Assembly: GCA_031459385.1 (NCBI GenBank)
Contig: JAVKIP010000014.1
Coordinates: 13,717 to 77,716, forward strand
DNA: 64,000 bases
DNA from: Candidatus Fervidifonticultor secundus
Lineage (GTDB): Bacteria; Sysuimicrobiota; Sysuimicrobiia; Sysuimicrobiales; Humicultoraceae
Direction of reading: 5' to 3'
Part shown: positions 28,384-35,756 of the stretch, one piece after another
Numbering within the stretch: position 1 is the stretch's first letter
Layout: each line of letters begins with the position of its first letter
Notes under the pieces: model-generated
Database searches by the model: none
What the model was told of the DNA's origin: nothing
The model's input: the letters and a program-made list of their open reading frames with translations, nothing else
Translations under genes and position numbers: made by a program

Positions 28384-28749
28384 CTACGCCGCGAACCGGC
28401 GGAGGGTCCGCACCAGGTCGAAGGCCAGGCGCCCCTTCGGCAGCCAGGCGTCGGCGCGCAGGCGCAGCGCCGCCTCCCCGTAGTGGGGTTCGGCCTCGCT
28501 GGTGGTGACGACCACGCGGGGCCGGTGCTGGTCCCGCAGGCGCTCCAGCAGGCCCCGCTCTGCGCCCAGGCAGGTCTTCAGGTCGATGACCAGGACATCG
28601 GCGGGCTCCTCCGCTGACGCCGCGTACTCCCGGAGGGACCGGGCGTGCCCGACGACGCGGACGCCCGCGACGTCCCCCAGGAGCTCGGCGACCGCGGCGT
28701 GGATCTCCGGCAGGGGGTCGATGATAGCCACGCGCAGCGCATCCCTCAT
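28384..28749 (-). CDS. Stand-alone atypical receiver (REC) protein
   Basis: RVAIIDP, VRVVGHA, DVLVIDL, VVVTT, ADAWLPK; no output domain. Confidence 0.75.
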   Translation of the reverse strand: MRDALRVAIIDPLPEIHAAVAELLGDVAGVRVVGHARSLREYAASAEEPADVLVIDLKTCLGAERGLLERLRDQHRPRVVVTTSEAEPHYGEAALRLRADAWLPKGRLAFDLVRTLRRFAA

Positions 28750-28790
28750 GACCGTTGGCTTCACCATACGCGCAGGGCGTGCCCACGTGA

Positions 28791-28895
28791 ATCGGGCTGT
28801 CGCCTGATGGGCGACCGCGGTGTGCCCCGCCTCGGCCTCGTGGCCGAGCGGGAAATCGGGCCGCCGCCTGATGCGGATTCGGCGGCGCGGCCGAT
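28791..28895. promoter_or_regulatory. Array of four regulon boxes in the divergent REC/CBS-ACT promoter
   Basis: ATCGGG-N6-CCTGAT 28791; CTCGGC-N6-GCCGAG 28831; ATCGGG-N6-CCTGAT 28855; TTCGGC-N6-GCCGAT 28878; -10 TATGGT (minus, 22 nt) and TACACT (plus, 23 nt). Confidence 0.82.
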
Positions 28896-28956
28896 GGCGA
28901 CCGCGGGTGCTGCGGGACTACACTGCCCGCGTAGACCGAGCGAGGGGCGGTGCACC

Positions 28957-29631
28957 ATGCTGGTCCGCGACTCCATGATCCCTGACCCCCGGACCATCGA
29001 ACCCGAGGCGACGCTGGCAGACGCCATCGACCTCATGCGCGCGCTGCGCGTCCGCCACCTGCCCGTGATGAGCGGGCGCCGGCTGGCGGGGATCGTGACC
29101 TGGACCGACCTGATGCGGGCCGCGCCGCCCGTGGAGGCAAGCCTGGCCGGCCGGCGGCTGGCCGCGCTCTTCCAGCAGACCCACGTGCGCGACGTGATGA
29201 CGAAAGATCCGATCACGGTTGGTCCCGACGTGCCGGTGGAAGCCGCCGCGCGCCTGCTCCGGGATCGCAAGATCGGGTGTCTCCCCGTGGTCGAGCGGGG
29301 GATGCTGGTGGGCATCGTCACCGAGAGTGACCTCTTCGACGCGTTGATCCACATGCTGGGCGGAGACCTGGCGGGCCTGCGCGTCTCGGTCGAGCTCCCG
29401 GCGGGGCTCGCCGACCTGGCGGGCCTGGCGGCAGCGCTGCAGCAGCGGGTCGGTGCTGGCGAGCCGGTGGCGATCAACGCGCGCATCGACGCCACCGGGC
29501 GCCGCGCGCATGTCCGCGTGGCGACCCAGGCGCCCCTCGTAGTCGCCGAGCATCTGGCCGCAGCCGGCTACGAGGTCTCTACGCTGCGCATCGATCGGCC
29601 GGTCAAGGCGGCGCGCGCCCACGTCGGCTGA
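28957..29631 (+). CDS. CBS-pair protein with a degenerate ACT-like C-terminus (AcuB-like)
   Basis: RHLPV, GIVTWTDL, KIGCLPVV, GIVTESDLF. Confidence 0.85.
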   Translation: MLVRDSMIPDPRTIEPEATLADAIDLMRALRVRHLPVMSGRRLAGIVTWTDLMRAAPPVEASLAGRRLAALFQQTHVRDVMTKDPITVGPDVPVEAAARLLRDRKIGCLPVVERGMLVGIVTESDLFDALIHMLGGDLAGLRVSVELPAGLADLAGLAAALQQRVGAGEPVAINARIDATGRRAHVRVATQAPLVVAEHLAAAGYEVSTLRIDRPVKAARAHVG

Positions 29632-29730
29632 GGGCTCAGCCGGCACTGCCAGCTCCATGTTGCCCGGTTGCCACACGGGCGGCCGTAGGTCTCCTTGGGT
29701 TGACGCCTCCCCGCATTTGTGTCGACCATC

Positions 29731-29806
29731 TTGGTGAGCGTGAAGGGTATATGGTAGGATTGCAGATTCATCGAATGGTGATATATTCATCTAAAGATAT
29801 CAGAAT
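29731..29806 (+). promoter_or_regulatory. Promoter and probable ArsR operator
   Basis: TTGGTG-18-TAGGAT (with TG extension), then an AT-rich tract with two ATTCATC...GATAT repeats. Confidence 0.6.
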
Positions 29807-29811
29807 CGAGG

Positions 29812-30171
29812 ATGGTGCGCTCCATGCTCCTCGTAGCCGAACCCGAGGCCGTTGCCCTGAAGGCCAAGCTGTTCCGCGGCTTTGCGGACCCCTCCCGACT
29901 GTCGATCCTGGAGACGCTCCGGCCGGGACCTCGCACCGTGGGCGAGATCGTGGCGGCCACCGGCCTGGGGCAGTCCAACGTCTCGAACCATCTCGCCTGC
30001 CTGCGCGATTGCGGTCTCGTCGTCGCCGAAACCCGCGGCCGCCACGTCCACTACCGGCTCAGTGACCCGCGCGTCGAGATGTTCCTGCGTCTCGCCGGGG
30101 AACTGCTAGCCGATGTCGCGCGGGGCGTCTACGAGTGCATGCGGTACGCGGCGCCCCGCGCCGGGCAGTGA
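29812..30171 (+). CDS. ArsR/SmtB metal-sensing repressor
   Basis: LFRGFADPSRLSIL, QSNVSNHLACLRDCGLV, C-terminal Cys (ECMRY). Confidence 0.92.
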   Translation: MVRSMLLVAEPEAVALKAKLFRGFADPSRLSILETLRPGPRTVGEIVAATGLGQSNVSNHLACLRDCGLVVAETRGRHVHYRLSDPRVEMFLRLAGELLADVARGVYECMRYAAPRAGQ

Positions 30172-32306
30172 TGGCTCCGTGCACGCTCGAAGTCCCCGTG
30201 CAGAGCATGGACTGCGCCGCGTGCGCCGCGCACGTCCGGCAGGCGGTTGCCCGGGTGCCGGGCGTGGTCAGCGTCCACGTCCCGCTGGGCGCCGGGCAGG
30301 TCGTCGTACAGCTGGATCCCACGCGGGCCGACCGCGAGGCGGTCGTGAAGGCCGTGGAGGCCGCGGGATACCAGGTGCCGGCCGGGCAGCCGGGCGCGCG
30401 GCAGCGCGCTGCCGGCGGGGACCGGGCGGGGGTGACAGTCACCGCCGTCGCAGGCGCGCGCCGCGTGCTCGGCCTGCTCGGCGCCCTGGTCGGTGCCGTC
30501 CTGTTCGCCGTCATCGTAGGCGAGTGGCTGGGGGTCTTCGAGGCCGTCTCGCGACGGCTGCCATGGCCGCTGGGCCTCGCGGCGGTCGCAGTCGGCGGCT
30601 TCCCGGTCTTCCGCACCGTGGTGCGCGCCGCTTGGCGGGGGCGGGTGACCGCGCATGCGCTGATGACCCTGGGCGTGCTGGCGGCGATGGCCCTGGGCGA
30701 GTGGGCTACGGCGGCGGTCGTCGTGTTCTTCATGCGGGTGGGCGACTACGCCGAGCGGTTCACCGTCGGGCGCGCCCGCCACGCTGTGCGGGACCTGCTG
30801 GCACTGGCCCCGCGCATCGCCCGGGTCGAGCGCGGGGACTTCCAGATCGAGACACCGGTCGAGGACGTCCGCCCGGGTGACGTCGTCGTCGTGCGGCCGG
30901 GCGAGGCGGTGCCCGTGGACGGTGAGGTGGTCGCGGGCCGGGCGACCGTGGATCAGGCCGCGATCACCGGCGAGGCGATGCCCGTGGAGGTGGGCCCCGG
31001 TGCGCGCGTCTTCGCCGCGGCCCTGGTGCGGATGGGCAGCCTGCGCGTCCGCACGACGCACGTGGGTCCCGACAGCACCTTCGGCCGCGTGATCCGGCTG
31101 GTGCAGGACGCCGAGACGCATCGGGCCGACCTGCAGCGTGCGGCCGACCGTTTCGCGGCCTTCTACCTCCCGGTGGTCGCAGCCATCGCGGGCCTGACGC
31201 TGCTGGTCCGCCGAGATCCGCTAGCCGCAGCCGCGGTGCTGGTCGTGGCGTGCTCGTGTGGGTTCGCCTTGGCGACGCCCATCGCCGTGCTGGCGTCGAT
31301 CGGCGCGGCCGCCCGGCGCGGCATCCTGGTGAAGGGCGGGCGCGTGCTGGAAGCGCTGGCCCGCGCCGACGTCCTGCTCATCGACAAGACCGGCACACTC
31401 ACCCTGGGCAGGCCGCAGATCACTGCCGTCGTGCCGCTCAACGGCGCGACGGCCGAGGAGGTCCTGGCCCTGGCCGCGGCCGCCGAGCGCGACTCCGAGC
31501 ACCCGCTGGCCGAGGCGGTGCGCGCGGCGGCGCGCGCCCGTGGGCTGGTCGCGCGCGCGCCGGATCACGTCGAGATGATCCCGGGCGTGGGCGTGCGGGC
31601 GGTGCTCGACGGCGCGCTGGTAACCGTCGGCCGCTGTGATGCGGCAGACGCGGGCATGCTGCCCGGCGAGGTCGACGCGTTGCAGGCCGACGGGCGTACC
31701 CTGATGGTCGTGCGTCGCGATGATGCGCCTGTGGGCGTGCTGGCGGCCGCCGACGCCACCCGCGCAGAGGTGCCGGCCGCGCTGGCCGACCTGCGGGCCC
31801 TGGGCTTCCGTCACATCGAGATCCTGACCGGCGACCACGAGGGTGCTGCCGCGGCGGTGGCCGGCGAGCTGGGCGTCGCGTACCGTGCCCGGCTGCTCCC
31901 CGAGGAGAAAATCGCCGTCGTCCGCGACTACCAGGCGCGCGGGCATACGGTCGTCATGGTGGGCGATGGGGTGAACGACGCGCCTGCGCTGGCCCAGGCG
32001 GATGTGGGGATCGCCATGGGTGCCGCCGGCAGCGCCATCGCGCTGGAGGCCGGGCACGCCGGCCTCATGCGCGACGACTGGCGGCTGCTCCCTGACATGG
32101 TGCGCATCGCCCGCCGGACCCTGCGCGTCGTCTGGAGCAACCTGAGCGTCACGGCCGCGTACAACGTAGGGGGGTTGGTGCTGGCGGCCCTGGGCTACCT
32201 GCCGCTGGCCCTGGCCGCGGCCGCGCAGGCCCTGCCCGACCTGGGGATCCTGGCCAACTCGACGCGCCTGTTACGGTGGCAGACGCCGCGCCGCTCGAGA
32301 CCGTAA
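30171..32306 (+). CDS. Heavy-metal P1B-type ATPase with a CSC transmembrane motif
   Basis: HMA MDCAAC, TGE, VACSCGFALATP, DKTGT, SEHP, GDGVND. Confidence 0.93.
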   Translation: MAPCTLEVPVQSMDCAACAAHVRQAVARVPGVVSVHVPLGAGQVVVQLDPTRADREAVVKAVEAAGYQVPAGQPGARQRAAGGDRAGVTVTAVAGARRVLGLLGALVGAVLFAVIVGEWLGVFEAVSRRLPWPLGLAAVAVGGFPVFRTVVRAAWRGRVTAHALMTLGVLAAMALGEWATAAVVVFFMRVGDYAERFTVGRARHAVRDLLALAPRIARVERGDFQIETPVEDVRPGDVVVVRPGEAVPVDGEVVAGRATVDQAAITGEAMPVEVGPGARVFAAALVRMGSLRVRTTHVGPDSTFGRVIRLVQDAETHRADLQRAADRFAAFYLPVVAAIAGLTLLVRRDPLAAAAVLVVACSCGFALATPIAVLASIGAAARRGILVKGGRVLEALARADVLLIDKTGTLTLGRPQITAVVPLNGATAEEVLALAAAAERDSEHPLAEAVRAAARARGLVARAPDHVEMIPGVGVRAVLDGALVTVGRCDAADAGMLPGEVDALQADGRTLMVVRRDDAPVGVLAAADATRAEVPAALADLRALGFRHIEILTGDHEGAAAAVAGELGVAYRARLLPEEKIAVVRDYQARGHTVVMVGDGVNDAPALAQADVGIAMGAAGSAIALEAGHAGLMRDDWRLLPDMVRIARRTLRVVWSNLSVTAAYNVGGLVLAALGYLPLALAAAAQALPDLGILANSTRLLRWQTPRRSRP

Positions 32307-32349
32307 GGAGCGCGCGGCGTCTCTGGCTGCGGGCCTCCCGGGTCGCGGC

Positions 32350-33018
32350 TCAGGCAGCCCTGGCCTCGGCCTCGCGCAGGATCGCGTCGGTGTGACTGGT
32401 GCCCACGAGGTCGGCGCCGGCCTCGAGCAGCGCCACCGCCTCGGCGTGGGTGCGGATTCCCCCGGCGGCCTTGATGCCCAGCCGCCGGCCGACGACGCGG
32501 CGCATCAACGCCACATCGGCCACCGTCGCCCCCTTCGGCCCGAAGCCCGTGCTGGTCTTCACGTACGCCGCGCCGGCTCGAGCGGCCAGCCGGCAGGCCA
32601 GGCGCTTCTCGACGTCGGTGAGGTAGGCGGTCTCGAGGATCACCTTCACCGGCCGGCCGCGCACGGCGTCGACGACGCTGCGGATCTCGTAGAAGACATC
32701 GGCCAAGTTGCGGTCGCGCAGCGGGCCGATGTTGAGGACCAGGTCCACCTCGTCGGCGCCGTGGGCGATCGCCTCGCGAGCCTCCGCCACCTTGGTGGCG
32801 ACCGTCTGCCCGCCGTGCGGAAACCCGATCACGGTCACGACCTTCACGGAGGTCTCGGCGAGCTCGCGCGCCGCCAGCGCGACGTGGCACGGCTTCACCA
32901 CCAGGGCCCGCACGCCCCAGCGTACCGCCGTCTGGACGCCGATCAGCACGTCCTGTGCGGTGGCCTGGGGCTGCAGCACCGCGTGCTCGATGCGCTTCGC
33001 CAGCGCGATGGCCTCCAT
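32350..33018 (-). CDS. deoC: Deoxyribose-phosphate aldolase
   Basis: VIGFPHG, GADEVD, KVILET, YVKTSTGF, IKAAGGIR. Confidence 0.93.
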   Translation of the reverse strand: MEAIALAKRIEHAVLQPQATAQDVLIGVQTAVRWGVRALVVKPCHVALAARELAETSVKVVTVIGFPHGGQTVATKVAEAREAIAHGADEVDLVLNIGPLRDRNLADVFYEIRSVVDAVRGRPVKVILETAYLTDVEKRLACRLAARAGAAYVKTSTGFGPKGATVADVALMRRVVGRRLGIKAAGGIRTHAEAVALLEAGADLVGTSHTDAILREAEARAA

Positions 33019-33027
33019 GGCGCCTCC

Positions 33028-33507
33028 TCACCGCCGCGCGCGTCGCCCGGGCCGCCCACGCCGGGCTGGCGCGGCCTGCGCCCGTGCCGGGCCTGTCGCA
33101 GTGGCCGCCGCTGCCGGCGCCGCAGTGGCCGCCGCGGCTGGCGCCGCCTCGTGCAGGTTGAGGAACACGCGGATCAGGTCGCTGGCGCTCACAATGCCCA
33201 CCACGCGGTTCCCCTCCACGATGGGAATCCTGCGCACCATCTGCTCGAGCATCATGCCCGCGATCTCGTCCACCGGCGTGTCCTCCGTGGCGGTGACCGG
33301 CTCCGGGGACATGACGTCGCGCGCCGTCTCGCCCACGCGCCCGACCAGGTCCACCAGGCTGATCATCCCCACGAGCTGGCCGTCCTTGTCGACGACCGGG
33401 GCCCCATGGATGCGGTAGCGCGTCAGCAGGTCGCCCACTTCCTCGACCAGCATGTCGGGCGTAACGACTACCAGGTCGCGGGTCATGATGTCGCCGGCGG
33501 TAATCAT
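33028..33507 (-). CDS. CBS-pair protein with an Ala-rich/basic tail
   Basis: MITAGDIMT, IHGAPVV, RRIPIV, GIVSASDL. Confidence 0.88.
   Translation of the reverse strand: MITAGDIMTRDLVVVTPDMLVEEVGDLLTRYRIHGAPVVDKDGQLVGMISLVDLVGRVGETARDVMSPEPVTATEDTPVDEIAGMMLEQMVRRIPIVEGNRVVGIVSASDLIRVFLNLHEAAPAAAATAAPAAAATATGPARAQAAPARRGRPGRRARR
33097..33144. repeat. 24-bp tandem repeat (2 copies) encoding APAAAATA
   Basis: cgcagtggccgccgctgccggcgc / cgcagtggccgccgcggctggcgc. Confidence 0.75.
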
Positions 33508-33591
33508 GTCCCTTCCCTCCATGTTCCCCCACGCGGACGGTCCTGCGCCACCCTGTCGAGTCCAGCGTATCCCCCGCGCGCGGCTTGCGGC

Positions 33592-33634
33592 ATCGGGCGC
33601 CTGCCCGATTCGGCCGCTCGGGCGCGCGCCGGAG
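33592..33634. promoter_or_regulatory. Regulon boxes in the divergent CBS-deoC / usp promoter
   Basis: ATCGGG-cgcctg-CCCGAT 33592-33609 (minus -10 TACGCT, 22 nt); CTCGGG-N6-CCGGAG 33617-33634. Confidence 0.82.
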
Positions 33635-33696
33635 GACAGCGGGGGGACGATGTGCAATCATGGGGCGAAGTCATCTGAGGCTCACGAGGTGACGCG

Positions 33697-34176
33697 ATGA
33701 CGTCCAGCCCGCCAGGTGGGACGCCGCTGCGCGTCCAGCGCATCCTGGCACCCACCGACTTTTCGCCCGGCGCGGAGCCGGCCCTGCAGTGGGCGATGGG
33801 GCTCGCCGACCGCTTCGGCGCCCGCGTTACGCTGCTCCACGTCCTCGATCTGAGCCTGGGGGCGCTGGCGGGCCTGTCGCCCGACGTGGCGGCCATGCCG
33901 GCCACCATCGAGCTCGCCGAACGGGTGCGCGCCGACGCTCAGGAACAGATGCGCCGGCTGGCCGCGCGCTTCCCCGACGCCACGCCCGTGCTGCGGGAGG
34001 GCACCGCCCGGGCGGCGATCATCGACGTCGCGAAGGAGATCGGGGCGGACCTGATCGTGATGGGCACCCACGGCCGCACCGGGCTGGCCAAGGTGTTCTT
34101 CGGCAGCGTGGCCGAGCACGTCGTGCGACACAGCCCGGTGCCGGTGCTGACCGTCCGGCAGACCAGCGCCTCGTAG
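33697..34176 (+). CDS. Universal stress protein
   Basis: RILAPTDFS, ADLIVMGTHGRTG, FGSVAEHVVRHSPVPVL. Confidence 0.95.
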   Translation: MTSSPPGGTPLRVQRILAPTDFSPGAEPALQWAMGLADRFGARVTLLHVLDLSLGALAGLSPDVAAMPATIELAERVRADAQEQMRRLAARFPDATPVLREGTARAAIIDVAKEIGADLIVMGTHGRTGLAKVFFGSVAEHVVRHSPVPVLTVRQTSAS

Positions 34177-34218
34177 CGCATCGGCCAGGCGGTGCAGCGT
34201 CCGCGCAGGGCCGCTCGA

Positions 34219-34980
34219 TCAGGGCTTGCTCCCGCGCTCGCCCGGGAGCCTGGGTGCCTCCGGCGGGACCTTCCGGTCGTCCAGGTCGTAGAGCAGCCGG
34301 TTCTCGACGCGCACCACGCCGTCCGCCAGCGCCGCCCACTTCCCGGCCAGCTCCTTCTCCGACCACCGCTCCACGCGGCCGTCCAGCGCCACCACGCCCT
34401 GGTGCGCGGTGACCTGGATCCGGGAGATGTCGATCCACAGGTCGTGGAGCAGCGCTTCCCGGATGGCCGCGGCGAGTTCCTCGTCGGAGCGGGTGAACGC
34501 CTTGAGGACGTCGTTGCGACTCACAATCCCCACCACCCGGCCGTCCCGCACCACGGGGACCCGGTTGATGCCGTGGCGGGTCATCAGGGCGGCGATCTCG
34601 TGGACCGGGGCGTCCTCGGCTACGGTGACGACAGGCGACGTCATCAACTCCGAGGCGCGTACGGCCTCGGCCTTGCGCGCGCGGTCGGCCGCGGCGGCGA
34701 TGCCGGGGAAGGGGAGCAGGCGCTGGACGAGCCCGGGCGGCTCCTCGGGGCGCGGCGCGAGCTCCTTGTAGAGCAGATCGCCTTCGGTGACGATGCCGAG
34801 CAGCTCGCCGGCGGCCGAGACGATGGGCACGCCGCTGATGCGCCGCGCCGTCATCAGTTCCACCAGCTCGCGAATCGTCGCATCGGGCGGGGCGGTGATC
34901 ACGGGAGCCGTCATGATGTCCCGGGCCCGCAGCTGCATCAGGCGGCGGCCCGTGCGGGGTGGTTCTGCCGATGTGCTCAT
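34219..34980 (-). CDS. CBS-pair plus BON domain protein
   Basis: ISGVPIV, GIVTEGDL, INRVPVV, then SDEEL...GVVALDGRV...GVVRVENRL BON. Confidence 0.9.
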   Translation of the reverse strand: MSTSAEPPRTGRRLMQLRARDIMTAPVITAPPDATIRELVELMTARRISGVPIVSAAGELLGIVTEGDLLYKELAPRPEEPPGLVQRLLPFPGIAAAADRARKAEAVRASELMTSPVVTVAEDAPVHEIAALMTRHGINRVPVVRDGRVVGIVSRNDVLKAFTRSDEELAAAIREALLHDLWIDISRIQVTAHQGVVALDGRVERWSEKELAGKWAALADGVVRVENRLLYDLDDRKVPPEAPRLPGERGSKP

Positions 34981-34995
34981 GGGGTGCCTCCTCCC

Positions 34996-35748
34996 TCAGT
35001 CGTGCAGTCCGGCGCGCCGCATCAGGCGCGCGAACTGGCGCCGCCGGCGCCAGCGGCGAATGCGTTCCAAGGGGTTCCACCCGGCCGGGCGGTCCTCCAG
35101 ACGCCGCCCTGCCGTGCGCCGGACGCGACGCGGGGGCACGAGGCGGAAGAGCCGAAAGCGACCGCCCGTCGCGTACCACCACGCGGCACCGCACCCGGCC
35201 AGCGCGAAGACTCCCAGCGGGAACGGCACCGAGAAGAACGCCAGCACGGCGGCCAGCGCGCCGAGCCACCGCGCCTGCACCGGGACGACGAAGTAGACCA
35301 GGAGCCGCTCGGAAGGGTTGACGGCGGCCCACGCCACGACCGCGGCAGCCAGCACCAGCCACGGCCCCGCGAGCGTGGCCGTCCGCCCGGTCGCGAGACT
35401 GCCCGTCCACAGAGCCGCTGCCGGCACCGCGGTCACCACGACCAGGAAGACGAGGAAGTCGCGTCGCCCCCACGCGCGCTCGAGGCTGCCGCCGAACGCC
35501 CAGAGCATGTACCCCCCGAGCAGCAGCCAGATGACCCCGCCGGTGCCCAGCAGGGGATAGGTGAGGAATGTCCACGGCGCCTGGAGCGCCCGGGGCGCGA
35601 AGAAGGCCAGCGGGGGCAGCACGGCCAGGCCGCCGACAAATTCCAGCAGGAACGTTGCCGCGTTAGCCCCGATCAGCGTCCAGGTCACCGGGCAGTCACC
35701 GGGCAGCGCCGGTGGCCGCCGGGGCAGGGCGAATCCAGCCCGCGCCAT
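34996..35748 (-). CDS. Rhomboid-superfamily membrane protein, probably without catalytic residues
   Basis: PVTWTLI, PWTFLTYPL, FGGSLERAWG; no GxSG; start uncertain. Confidence 0.65.
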   Translation of the reverse strand: MARAGFALPRRPPALPGDCPVTWTLIGANAATFLLEFVGGLAVLPPLAFFAPRALQAPWTFLTYPLLGTGGVIWLLLGGYMLWAFGGSLERAWGRRDFLVFLVVVTAVPAAALWTGSLATGRTATLAGPWLVLAAAVVAWAAVNPSERLLVYFVVPVQARWLGALAAVLAFFSVPFPLGVFALAGCGAAWWYATGGRFRLFRLVPPRRVRRTAGRRLEDRPAGWNPLERIRRWRRRRQFARLMRRAGLHD

Positions 35749-35756
35749 GCCGTCGG

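Noticed and set aside
29640..29810. Lower-GC patch read as a mobile element end
   Set aside because: No transposase, integrase or terminal inverted repeats seen; explained by the ArsR promoter/operator
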